Source: Phoronis australis (taxonomy: Eukaryota > Animalia > Phoronida). From it: a DNA stretch of 64,000 nucleotides. The stretch is from contig NMRA01000002.1 of assembly GCA_002633005.1 (NCBI GenBank), forward strand, positions 1,013,278-1,077,277, given 5' to 3'. Shown one piece after another: positions 22,796 through 35,418 of this stretch (the stretch's first letter is position 1; each line of letters begins with the position of its first letter). A program made the translations under genes and the position numbers. Under the pieces are notes generated by a model. It searched no databases and was not told where the DNA came from. It saw only the letters and a program-made list of their open reading frames with translations.

Positions 22796-25700
22796 AGCAA
22801 TGATCCGCCAAAAAGAGTGGGAATGCGTCGAGTTAAAAAATTCCGTTTAAATGATCGATGAGGAATAGAAGCGTACTTGTTTTGGTGACGGTGCAGGTCT
22901 CTTGAGTGAATAATTGTCGTGGTCCATTTCAAAATCCGGAAATTGATTGTGTCGGAAATAATGTACTCTTGACAAGTAAATCAACGAACCCTAAAATGCG
23001 GCTATTTGTAAAGATTTTAAAGGAATTGATCAACAATGGCACACTGTGAAGCAAGATAGAGTGAAAATGTTCAATCGTTCTAGCTTTCAAGGTAAAATTG
23101 ATACCCATGGTTAAAAAGTGAGTTTGTTCAGGAAACGAGTTTCCTTGAAGTTTCAAAGAAATAGCAAGGAGGTTTAATATGTCTAATTTTTTTAATTTGC
23201 CTATTGATCATTTGAATACGACTTGTAGTGAAGTTAGTGGTGAATGGTCACAGTCGGCAATGCATATGCCTGTATGGTTTTAGGCAATTCAAAAACAGTT
23301 CCAATTCCTTAAACTTCCAATAGAAAAGAGAAAATTCCGTCTTGGTGCCAAAAACGTTTCTCAAGCTTAACTTATACGGAAAATTACGAATCTTGTATCG
23401 AATGAGCGTGGATGGTAGAGCAAACAAACGTGGTGTAATACACTCCAGTTATTGCATTTATGAAATAATTGTGTTACATTGCAAACAAACTTATTTTAAA
23501 GATGTTTCTCTAAAACTAAACGTCTCGTTGTTATGAAGTAAATATTTTTAGTTTGAGACTGGAAATTTACCAGATTCTGCGTCATCTCTTTTTACTCAAA
23601 TTCGAACTCGAGATACAAACTCAAGATAACAAGTGACTGTTATTCTATGCTAGAGAACATAATGGCTTTACGTGGATAAATATCTGTAACCCAAGTCTAC
23701 AGATGATAGGCCCCAGTATAAAGATTAAAATGTCGAGTATGAACTCGAAAGCTCGAATCTAGTGGCCATCAAGTTCGAATTTGAACTAGAAACTGATATA
23801 TATAAAAATCAAAATGTACTCGGGCACTGACTAATAGACACTTGTATTGAATTCTCACAAGCGTAGAACGGATAATGCCAAAAATAAACTCTCGAGTTCG
23901 ATTCCGAGTGTGAAGAGTATAGCTCGGCCCCCGGATTGCTGAACACAACAAATGCTGAGGACGAATGTCATGAACAACAATAAATAAGGAAACAGTGATT
24001 AGCCTGAATGTGCTGCTTTTGGAACGTGTGTGACACAAAAGAGTTCAACAAAATTTACACTATTTATTATATGTTAATAAATGAATGAATCCACTGATAC
24101 ACTATCAAAGTTGTTTTAAATGATAGCAAATTTTTGTAGTTTTCATGGTTTTAGTACAACTCCTCATTCGTCAATTAGCGTTCTTTATTTCACTCGTCCC
24201 TTATACACGGACCTTGACGCGGGGATTTCTTAGGATGTGGGTTACTGTTGAGCGAATGCTGTCAACATCAACAATATTTTTTGCTCAATAACATTTACAT
24301 GATAAAATATCAACATGACCAAGGTTACCCATTAGGACTACATAAAGCGGAAGAGAGAAGCAACCCTACACAACTCGATAATACCGCGTAGGTACATGTA
24401 AATATCACAGGGTAGATAGCATTAGCCGTTGTCTACTACAGACTATTACGTTAGTGTTGCTGTAAAACTAGGAAACACATTGGTTCCTAGTGTAAAACTA
24501 CATTAATGGCTGAATACGAAACTCGAATTGCCTGGACCTTTTGTTCCCATAAAATAGCATCCCTTAACTTGACGGGGTTCTATTTTCAATACAGACAAGA
24601 ACTTCGAAACCAACCAGCGAATCGAGAAAACGATTTAGAGTTTATTGCACTTTTCAAACGCTAAAATCCAAAAATGGCGCATCACGCATTGCTTGTGACT
24701 AGAGTTGGTAACGGAAATCAAGTCATATTTCGATAAGGAGCATTAAGAGACAGATTTTGTGAAGAGCAAAGGGCCTTCATTTTAGCCAGGTAAACAGGGC
24801 CAAAGGAAGCTTAAACTGTACGCTGCATGAAACAACATGGAAACTATATGCGGGTTCATATAATGCGAGTCGGTTGGCGCAAAGCCATTGCAACGGTGAG
24901 ACGACGAATGCGATCAGAAGCCTAATACATCTACATAAGCTTGTTTCCACGATTTTATTGAGTAGTACTTACGGACGCATTCGTAGTGAATTAATCTGTG
25001 TAGCAGGAATACGCAGCGTACGTTCCCTGAGTGGTGATTGAGAAGCGTAGGGATCATAGAGGTAAGTAGAATTGAGCTGTCCATTTGCTTCAACGTGATC
25101 TGTGGCTTAAAAATAACCACACAGTTGACTGAAAGATGAATAAATATGCGAAAAAAATACTTTTTATAACGATTGTTGTGTAAAAGTGATGTTTGTGAAC
25201 TCCAAATCACGACATAAACATTTTGTTCTGTTTCAAGATCCCGTCTGTTAACGCATCGTGAGCGTGATGTCAATACTCAGCGCTTTCAAGCTGAAGATGA
25301 GTTTTTTGGCGTATGATTTATACTGACATTTCAACGACCACTATTCGTTACTCTGATGGCTGACTGGCCGCACGCACACACATAGAGACAGGCACGGTCT
25401 CCATGTCTACAGCTTCATGGGGTATTGTGAATCATACGTGGTTACGGTTTTTAGTAAGATTTGCCTGTTTAGTTTTCAGCTTATATAAAACTGAAAAAGT
25501 GCCCAATTCCCTAAATGTTCGCTTAGCGAAATTGGAAAACACCATTCTTTGTCTTACGTATTGTTTTTTTTAGGTTTAAGAAATGTTTTTGAGATCAGAA
25601 AGCAATTATGTCTTTCGAGATCACAAGCCATGTTGGAAGGTTCGAGTGTTTACTAGTGGATGCATGCAGCACAATAAATCACGCCTCCGATGGAAATATT

Positions 25701-26693
25701 CTCATTTTAGTGAATAACACTAAAATGGAGAACAGAAGACATGGCATTAGAAAATGTTGGTTTTTTAAACCAGCAATACAGGCCCTTAGCCAGGGGAGGT
25801 AAGAGGGGTTCGATCGAACCCCTTCGCGGAAAAGGTCCAGCCCCAGCCTATCCGTTATAGATAGGATTCAGATGAACAACAACAAAATTGTTACAGCTGC
25901 TGGCACTACCAGGAAGAGATAATCTGGTTATCTCTTTCTGGTACTACTAACTACAATGATAACTGAGTTAGTAATAATTATGAATTTGCTTCTGATTTAA
26001 AGCGCTACATGTAATCATCTGGCCGAACCCGCCCAGCTTCTCTCGAGTGGTATTTGCGTAGATGACAGGATCGTGCAGACGATTAGAGGAGGCTTTATGT
26101 TACTAATCGGCATTGAACACGCGCGGTGGTTACACCGTGATGCAACAACGGAGTCTAGAAAAAAAAATGTCTATACCTAGCTAAGCTATATAGCAGCAAG
26201 AGAGCTCCCAAAAAGTGATGTGATGTGAATGCCTTAAAATCGATCAAGAAACAATATAGCAGAAAAAAGTTTATCTGATATTTCTTTCTAGCATAGTACG
26301 GTAAAGGGCAGGCGTTTTCAAATTTGGAATTGAAAGTGTTCGTCAAGTACAGGTATGTTTTTCATCCAGTGTCCACTTCAATTGTGGATTGGTGGATTGA
26401 CATGCATGCGTGTACACGTGTGTGCGTTTCCGTCCTTTTAATTCAGTAGAAGCCGACGGTAAGTTGACTATAGGCAGTCCTCCGTCTTTGCTAAAAACCA
26501 GAATTTAACTATAACCGTGTTTTCTTGCAATGAGAAAACACCGACAAGCATGTTCACATTTTTGGGGAAAAGTATGTCTAGACCCAATAAAAACTTTGGT
26601 CAATGAAGATATACTTCTCTTGTCAATAGTGTCAATGGTGCACAGCCTCACAGACTTCATGCAAGCGATTAACTTGTTGAAAAAGATTTCCAA

Positions 26694-27804
26694 GGTTAGA
26701 TGTCACTATTCCGTAGGTTCGCTACTCCGAAGGTTCGCTACTCTGAAGGTTCGCTACTCCAAAGGTCCACTACTCCGAAGGTTTGCCACCTTCGAAAGTT
26801 CACTACTTCGAATGTCCACAATTTCAAAACCAGAACTCCGACAATTATTATTTTTTTCTTAAATATAAGCACAACCCAAGGAGTCGCTTTCGCATTATAT
26901 CCAGGTTCTAATTCACACCCTTGCACACATTCACTGGTAAGACCGAGCTCAGAGGAGTAGGAGACACTCTTGTGCAATGCTCGATTGTCAGCCAGCGAAG
27001 CTAGGATTCGAACCCAGGTATCCCAAACAGGCCGACCTCAAACCACTAAGCGACACCATTGATTACATAACTCTGCTAATGAGTTGTCACAGAGATGAAT
27101 AAAGTATTGTCTTTGTGTCCATTTAGTAACCATTTAAATGAAGTGCAAAAGTTCTTAATACATTGATTAAATTGTTTACAAATGAACTCAGTTCCAACCA
27201 CTGCCAATGGTGATTCTTGAATCTAACAACTCATTCTCAAGCATCGACAACATCTGGGGCACGCGTCAGGACTGCCGCGATCAACGGTTTTAAATATAAG
27301 AAGACTGAAGGGGCTCTCTGATTCGTGAAGACTGGCAGGGACAGGGTAGCCTGCCAATTACATTTAATTTCAACCCGGCCGTGTGCGTGGTTCCGGTGGG
27401 TGAGGTTCAGGCGCAGCGGCCCTAAACATTTCAATCGCGCTGTGAAATGATGCGACCTTGACATGGATTTGATGAATGTATCATGGATGATAATTCATCA
27501 AAACACCCGCTCCATATTTTTTTTAAGATTCATTAATCTTCTCGTTTTTCCGTGTTCGTAAGACATGCTGGTAATACCGCATGTGCATGAAATCCAAACA
27601 AAGCATTTTAGTACTTGGGCGTTGTTTTCGGTATAGGTGTACATCACTCAGTGTATATAATAGCAGTAGTATCGTTCATTTTTGCATGTAAAAGTGTAAA
27701 AATTACCGTTAGGTTGAAGAAGTTAGATCTTTTCGTAGTAGTGAACCTCCGAAGTAATGATCCTTCGGAATGGCGAACCGATTGGTGAGTAGTGGGCTGT
27801 TCCC
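26694..27804. mobile_element. Foldback-like element with 16-bp tandem subterminal repeats
   Basis: (AGGTTCGCTACTCCGA)n at 26700-26825 and inverted degenerate units at 27730-27800; flanks atttccaa / aattccaa (7 of 8) as a candidate TSD. Confidence 0.7.
26845..27057 (-). mobile_element. tRNA-derived SINE
   Basis: A-box-like TGTCGCTTAGTGG (27043-27055), B box GGTTCGAATCC (27004-27014) and A/TAA-rich tail; shares GAGCTCGGTCTTA with 34917-35050. Confidence 0.65.
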
Positions 27805-30800
27805 AATTCCAACGTCACTTAGGCAACTTAAGTAACACGCAAAAATATAACTAAATAAAAAATTCGTCAAGTTATTCTCCGACTAAATATTTCTGTCCAA
27901 GTAGGTGTAATCAGTCATTTATGCATGCGTGATTTGAAAATTTGGCAGGAAGTAGCGCGAGAACGTTTTGGACCACATTACATCCGAATTGAGTCCCGTT
28001 ATTTGCGGGCAGCCGTCACGGCATTCTCATCTCTAGTATTAGTAATTCCGTCTCATCTCAAAAACATAGAGCTGATGAGAGTCATCGTAGTGTATACAAA
28101 TTTCCCTTCCTCCTGATTAAGCTGCGTCAACTGTGGGCCTTAATGAAAACTCCACAGTGTCGATGTTTGCAAAATAGCAAAGGTCCTCCGTTCAAGAAAT
28201 TCGAACCACTCCCTTCGCAATGCTGGCTACGGGCCTGCAGTATGTTGGCTCGGGTATATGTTTACGTGAAAAATCTGCCGCATTTCCAAGCACATCTAAT
28301 TAATTTGACAGTGACATATCTACTATAATAACAGATGTGATGCGTTATTATTGATAGTGTAATAAGTTGCAGCACAAAACTTGTGTTTGAATGCAGGCGT
28401 AGTTATCTGATATACAAGGTGTTCCAAAGACTGAAATTTTAGTTGTTGTGTTTAAAGTTCAGAAAGTGTTTCACTTCACAAACATCAGCAACCAGTTATC
28501 AAATAGGAAAGGACCATATAAAAAATATCTAATTCTGCTTCATCTTTCATCCACCGTCCCCTTTGTCACAGTGTTTTGGTTGTACATATATGACATCGGC
28601 TCACCAGCATGCCTGCACACGGTGATTTCCTCGTTGAATTTCATTTGTAGCGACAGCTATGGGAAGAATCGATCGGGCCGGCTTGTGAGTGAGGACTCGC
28701 ACCACAATATTGCGCAACATAATGATTTACGACTCATCATGTAGGTGCCTATAACGCAGGGGAACTGCTCCACCGTCAGGTGTCGCATCACAATCGACAT
28801 CAAGCAGACAAATGCACTGTGAAACTTGAACACTGTGGAAGCTTTATAAAAGTCCAACCGTTGTTATACCCATGAATGCGCCAGTACAAAATTTTCCAGC
28901 AAGTACATAAAACCGAAGTAGCAGAGTTTCACAGTTGTAGGTCTCCGTGCGTGAGCTTTAGCCGCTGTCAGACAGTTCCACTCCTTCGCTAACTAGATTT
29001 TCTGATAGTGATGAAAGTTTTCAAAAAAATATTCCATCAAACTGCTTGACTTCATATTTCCTTTTCCTTGGGGATTATGTCTGCAATATCGTATTGCGCA
29101 AGGTGACTAACCGCAATAATTTTGAAATAAATATCGCGGTGTGCACAAATTAAAATTTCCCCGGACTGAAAGGAGGTCAACCAGGAAGCGGTGTTCGCGA
29201 ATGCGGGATGATGTGGGACGAGCATTCCTTTGATGCATTTTCATGAACTGCTGCTGAAAACTAGTGGTATATGTGACGAATCTGTTAGTAGTTCGAGAGG
29301 TGTTGATGATCTTTCATAATACATGTACACTATTAGATCAAAAAGCATTCAATTTGGTGGTTCTGGTCCGTATTTTTTTGAAAATCGAGTCAATGCTGCT
29401 AAATTTTTAGTTGCTCACCTTTTCAAGAAGGAAAATCCTCCTAAAATGAGAAAAAATGAAGCGCATTTTTTACTCACCGCTAGGCAAATCATGGCTTTTC
29501 AAAACTTACTTACAGGCCTTTTGCACGAAATCTTGGCTTTTTATTTTTAGTGAGCGCAGATCTCAAAATGAGTAGGGGTACAGTGAAGAATCTACTAATG
29601 CTTTCTTGCTCTGATGCTGTGCTTTTCTTTGTAAAAATGAGTCAATACTTCTGATCTGAGCTCGGATACATTTCTTTTACCGAATAATCATAGTCTTTTA
29701 AATGTAATAGATTTGATGGTGAACAGATTTTAAGATGAAGAAGTGCCTCTGACCCACTCTTGTAAAGAAAGGTAAAATGTTGATTTTAATTACTTATTGC
29801 ATTAACAAATGATTGAAATGAGATATTCAATGTTATTGAAGGAAAAGCAAAACTCTTGTGTGGTTATCATGTTTTAATTGCAGGACCCCTTTGAATATTG
29901 TTTGACAAAATTTTAAGAAATGTTCTGACAACCATCCGTATCACTCGTGTGTTTAAAGAATATTGAACAAGCTTTGTAAACATGGATCGGTGTCCTTTAA
30001 AATTGCTTTAAATCCACCATGCGTCAACCTTTTTTAGTTAGACAAGGAACTATTACAAAGCTGGTCGCAATAAGTTCTTTACTCAGACTACGTGTGACTT
30101 CTGCGCTTGAAGAACTTGCAGTTCGCTGCTGCCTGAGACGTGGCTAAACTTGACGTGTAACAGAGTCACGGCGGAGAATAGTCTTCAAATCCTTATCTGA
30201 AAATATCAACGAGGCTCCAGTACCCGAGGAATACTTACCAAATAAAATTTATTTTCGATACTTTCGTTTTATTCTTTCCTTTCCTATTCTAGTACAGCAA
30301 TTGTTTTTTTTTTTACCGCATTTGACCCTTCCTCGTGTCAGTGCTGCGCCGCCCATGTAATGGACGCTTACAAGTGTGATATCGGCCTAATTATCGCTTA
30401 CACGAAGATGGCGCAGATCTCCGCTACCGACTAGTATTTTGAGGACTGGAAAACAACATATTTGACCTGCGCAAATGCTAGTCGCTGTATGGTGCGGTTT
30501 GAAGATGATGCATGCACTATTGAATCATACATGTAAATGTATGTGGATTAAACGCAATTAACCCTAAACATAACTTCTGCCGCGAGCTTAGCAGCAATTT
30601 TAAGTAAATTGCAATTATTCTCAATGTAAATAATGTTGGTAGGTCCCCAATAAGCTCATGTTTATATTGGGTCTGTGTAGTTGAAGCGCAATTGAAATCG
30701 CGAAGAATTAGTGGAGAATCTGAAAATGTCTATCTCGTAAAGGACGTTTAGGTGTATAAATTTAATGGAACTAATGGATTTTTTGATCTTCACGACTAGT

Positions 30801-31685
30801 TCTTGGCAGTTGGCATAAAGGAGAGGCCCTAACCACGGTGATACAGCCGCAGGGTGTTTTTTGCAAATTGCCCCACTGTTGAGCTTCGGCTCATACGAAG
30901 GGTCGGCGTGCTTCGTGATGTTCTTCAATGGAATGACAACAAGTATATGTATGACAGTGATTCACCTTTGACCATTATAACTGTTTTGATATTTACTTTG
31001 TGTACGCCGAGATTATCAAACTCCGTTTTATCATGTCCGCTTATAATAACATAAACGTTAAATCGATAATACGGCGACGTTTATGACGAACGCTACATTT
31101 GCTTTACTCATCCGCAACGTTTGCCTGCAGTTTTCTAGCGAGTATGAAACGGGAAATGACAATATCGTATAGATGCTCACGCCATATAACTCAAAAGGGG
31201 GAAGACTATGGCAAAAACTTTCACTCCGGGCACACAAAATGTACCCCAGCTTGCCCTAGTTTTGTGATCCGAAAATGTGCATATTTTTGCGTAGAACAAC
31301 CATGAACGGTATTCGTCAATTTCGATAAGACATCTAAAGAAGCTGTCAAAGATGCACACTTAAACCTACAGATACCACGTGTTGCACACACACTACAAGT
31401 ATATAGAGATTTTGAATCAATTGTATACGCGATGGTCACAAATCTGACCGTACGGTGCTGGTCGTAATATATTTATGTCACGTGATATTGGTACAGTGTT
31501 GATAGCCTACTATGGCAGCTCCATTTTCCCAAAAGTTGATCGACAGAATTTTGATTATTCTGTTTGCTTTAAAACGTCTCAACTCTGCTTTTCTAAAAGC
31601 AATAACTGCTAGTGTTTCCTTATTGAACAAAATTTACAATATCGATAGTCGGCTGAAGCAGTTTCACTGAGTTCCGACAACCATA

Positions 31686-31835
31686 ATGGCTGCTCCTGGT
31701 TGATTTCGCCGGTTCCGCCGGGTCAAGTGGCTAAGAAGTCTGATTGGTTTTTGATGAGAACTTCCGGTTTAAAGACCAATCAAATGTCGAAGTCGGTTGA
31801 CAGACGAACCGGAGAAGACAATCAAATACAGCCAT
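31686..31835. repeat. ~150-bp imperfect palindrome (MITE-like)
   Basis: Nested arms atggctg/cagccat, ttgatt/aatcaa, ccggttc/gaaccgg, gtcaa/ttgac and tgattggt/accaatca. Confidence 0.8.
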
Positions 31836-33458
31836 GCTATTGCTCAAAATTATCCAACACGATTAAATCTGATACATTGCATTTAATTCATGAATACACG
31901 TAGCGTAAGCACGAACAAGTATTTCGGAGCCGTAGTCTGAAAAGTCGGGAAAGACAAACACTTTGTGAACATTGTTTGAAAATTGTTTCCAGGCAGTTTG
32001 CGACCAACTTGATTCTTGATTAGATGTGACATCTAATTCAGTGCTACCACCAGATCGATAATCACTCATTTCTTAATTCACTAGGTAAGTCACATTAAAA
32101 TATATTGACGCATCGAGTGATGTGAGTCCGGCAGCTGTAAAGTATAGTACAAGGTTCGAGATGAGTTTACGTTGACGGCAAAAAGTTACTAGTGACGAAA
32201 AGAAGTAGAGAAAGTGACACGATATTGAGGCGTCTATCTGTGAGGAGTGTGAAATACGTACGTATGAAGTCGGACTGTAACTTAGTAATCTGGTATTATT
32301 GACTCTCTTGTGGCAACATTAGTTTTCCATTAGTGTCAGTTAAGTGATTTACTGTGCCATGACGTTTTCAGATAAAAGAGACACTAACTGTTTCACCATA
32401 AGAGAGATTTCTCAAAGGGTTATCTTGTGTGTAGCTGAAATAATCCGCAGTACGTCGAAGACCGGGTTGTATTGGTCGGATTGCGGCTGGTACCCACAAA
32501 TTTAATGAGTGAACTCGAAAGAGCGATCTTCTATGACCATGTCATCTTCTCGTAAAGTTTTGTTCCAGAAATATTCACCCCTCAGTAGAGATTAATTCCA
32601 CAAAACTGATACTTTCGTAGGGGGTTTCCGACAGCAGTCTTTTCAATCCTCCTAAAAAGCTTCAAGACGAAATGCCATCATGAGAAGGATGAGCTGTTTA
32701 TATTTTAATTAATTAGAAAATATGAAAACCCTTTCCATACATATTTTATCTACCAAGAAATTTTTGGCAATCAAATCGGATATGCAACATTTCAAAATAG
32801 ACTGCACATTTGGATACATTTTGGGGCTCCATTATTTACAGCTGGCTCACTGGTTACCTGATTTTGTCAGAAAAGTCACCCTTTAGAAGGGGATCTGGTC
32901 GTTAGAAATTTACTGTAAGTGTGGTTCCTAGTAGCCTTGGTGCAGGGCTGTATACTAAATATACAACTTTTCGTCGATGTGGGTAAAAGTGGGCAAATAA
33001 AATCCGGCACAAAATTTGTCTCATTTAAAAACTACACACTATTTGAGTAAACTAAATTATTTACTGGTGTTGGAGAAATTGGCGTTCTACCGTTATTCGG
33101 CTGCTAAATTTGTCACGGCACGATCTTTTGGGTCAACTTTTGGTGCCATGAAATATCGCGTTACCTATTGGCCATTTTCTTTTTTGCCGAGTAATCAATC
33201 AGTTGTTCTTGTTCTACGAGGTTGCGTAAATGTTAAAACAAATTATACGAACTGCTTTCATTTCGTTATAGGTTTTAAGTATTTTAATACCAGCAAACCG
33301 AATTTCAGAAGAAATTTTGCTACTGCGAAACTGTCATCATTTCCCGAGAGATGTCGCAAAAATTAGGAAAATGGGCGTACGCGTGTCTCGAACGTAATAT
33401 ATATAAAACGATGTCTGACTGTTCTTTGTGACAAAAGAAGGAGAATTATGCAAGAAAA

Positions 33459-33765
33459 CAGGGGCGGGTCCAGGATTTTGAGTTAGGGGCCAGGGCACAG
33501 GAATAACCAGAATTTCGCTACATGCGCGTGCCCAGCCTAAAATGTAGGGATGCAGGGGTCTTGAAGTTTTGGGTTTGTGGACCTTATTACTAAAAAAAAC
33601 GGTAAATGGGGTTTGTTCAAGGCCTATTCATTGTGCATTTGTCCACCGAGCCCCCTGGGTGTGCGCATATGCTAGTCAGCAATTCGCACCCCGAACTGCC
33701 AAATGGTATCTGGGAGAATTTTAGGGGGGCCATGGCCCCCTTGCCCCCCCCCCCTCCTCGTACGT
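33459..33765. mobile_element. Longer copy of the MITE family at 1499-1661
   Basis: Shares ccaggatt(t)tgagttaggg and ccccgaactgccaaatgg.atctggg..aattttagggggg.catggcccccttgcccc. Confidence 0.7.
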
Positions 33766-34916
33766 TCGTCTCGCTAACATATCCGTCACAAAGTTGAATG
33801 TTTTGGTTAACTGGTGATTACCTCAGTGTCTCACAGTGCGATATACACGTACAATGACAAACCCATAACATGTCGTTTAACACTCACTTATTGCGCCTGA
33901 TCATGGGCGGCGCTGCATTGAAAACAGTGGAGAGCTGTAGCCTCCTCCCCTCAGCCCCCTATGGTGCGTTGTCCAAGCTGATAACCCTGTTCTCATTTTT
34001 AATGAGTGTTATAAATAGTAGCAGGATTTGTAACCTCGTTTCCACTAAATGAAGTGGGATCCTAGGAGATGGTATGAAATAGCATTTCAAACAATACAGT
34101 TGGCGCACATTTGTTTTATAGTTGTTGAAGCTGAGCCATTTTCACCCGATGAACTCGTCAATAAGAATCTTTTAAAAAATTTCGTCGCGCATTAATTTCA
34201 GCCAGTGTATCAATATGTCTTGAAAAGCCACACAAGGCAAGCCTTCAACGCCCTGCCTTACCAAGTGAGGCGTAATTACCGATTAATGATGCGCTGCCTC
34301 TAACACACGAGTGCGATCAGCCTCCCCCGCCACCCTCTTCCCCTCCCTTCATTGAACCCCGTCTAGTGGCCACCGAGCACAGGCAACTACATAGCCAGTG
34401 GCAGTACTGTGAATGAACAGAGTTGAGTAAAAAAGAAGAAAATTATCCACCACTTTTGCTCATCCCAGGTAGATATTTTTAAAAGTTGGTAACAACAAAA
34501 GGTTGTATCAATTTTTATAAAACAGAGACCAGAACTAGCTATGTTTTTGGCCCAAAGGGGAGGCCTTTGAATCCCACCAACTTCATGCTTCTAATAGCGT
34601 GACGATATTTCCACGAGTATTTTTTATTTGAAGAAAAGTTGCATCAACTATTTCTGCCTACAAGTGTGATCCCCAATGGACGACATAACATTTGACTTCG
34701 TTAATTTTTAACGCCATTTATCTTTTATTGTTTGAGACTAATTCATCATTCAAAAAGGTCTTTGCAGTCTTGTTTTGCTTTAATCATGTCTGTGTGGTAC
34801 CTGTCGGCAACGAACGAGGGACGGAAAAATTGGCGGTAACAAGGTGGCAATCAGTAATCGCCGGCTTACCTGGAACTGTCAAAGAACGTGGAAATCGTCG
34901 ACATTTCGTGTAAGAA

Positions 34917-35050
34917 GGGGCAATTTGGCTTACTAAGTTGGGTGTCCATCTCCTGCTCTGAAGGTCGCGTGTTCAAATCCCACTGAACTCTATTGCTAGA
35001 TCCTTGAGTCAGGTTTGTAGCTCACGAGCTCGGTCTTAATTATGTGTATA
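34917..35050 (+). mobile_element. Degenerate tRNA-derived SINE head
   Basis: B-box-like GTTCAAATCC at 34971-34980 and GAGCTCGGTCTTA shared with the SINE at 26845-27057. Confidence 0.5.
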
Positions 35051-35157
35051 CGCATGCACATGTTAAAAATTGTGACAATAGTTTCAGATACAACATGCAG
35101 TGGGAATGGCTGAGTGGCTTGCAGGCGTCTATCATGTGTATCAGATTACCTGTACCA

Positions 35158-35418
35158 AAAGGCCCTGTCAAGCAATGTGGTCTCATAGGTCCCTGTCAAC
35201 ACATGTGATTCGACAGGACCCTGTCAACAAATATGGTTTCATAAGGCCCCGTCTTCAAATGTGCTTATATAGACCATTAGTAACTTCCATAGGGCCCTGT
35301 CAACACATGTGCTGTCCTTTCTACAACTGTTGTTTCACGGGGTCTTGTCAACGCATGAGTTTCCATATGTTCTGTCAACATAATGAAGTTTCACAAGGCC
35401 CTATTTACAAATGGTCAA
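35158..35418. repeat. Degenerate ~29-bp minisatellite (core GGCCCTGTCAACACATGTG)
   Basis: About 8 diverged units with the recurring ctgtcaac core. Confidence 0.85.

Larger units (their letters stand above)
20294..25320. repeat. Gap-flanking direct duplication (20294-22218 vs 22323-25320), probably uncollapsed haplotypes
   Basis: About 40 differences by eye over ~1.85 kb plus a 1069-bp indel; the copies abut the N run 22219-22322. Confidence 0.92.
25779..28237. mobile_element. hAT-like non-autonomous element hosting nested insertions
   Basis: TIR CAGGCCCTTAGCCAG / CTGGCTACGGGCCTG (14 of 15) with subterminal GGTTCGA / TCGAACC; flanks cagcaata / cagtatgt match only partly. Confidence 0.6.

Noticed and set aside
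21812-25273. Two identical 119-aa ORFs as a duplicated gene
   Set aside because: They result from the gap-flanking duplication, lack an ATG start and show no recognisable domain.
26990-27057. tRNA gene
   Set aside because: A and B boxes are present but there is no cloverleaf; a SINE-like body and tail follow.
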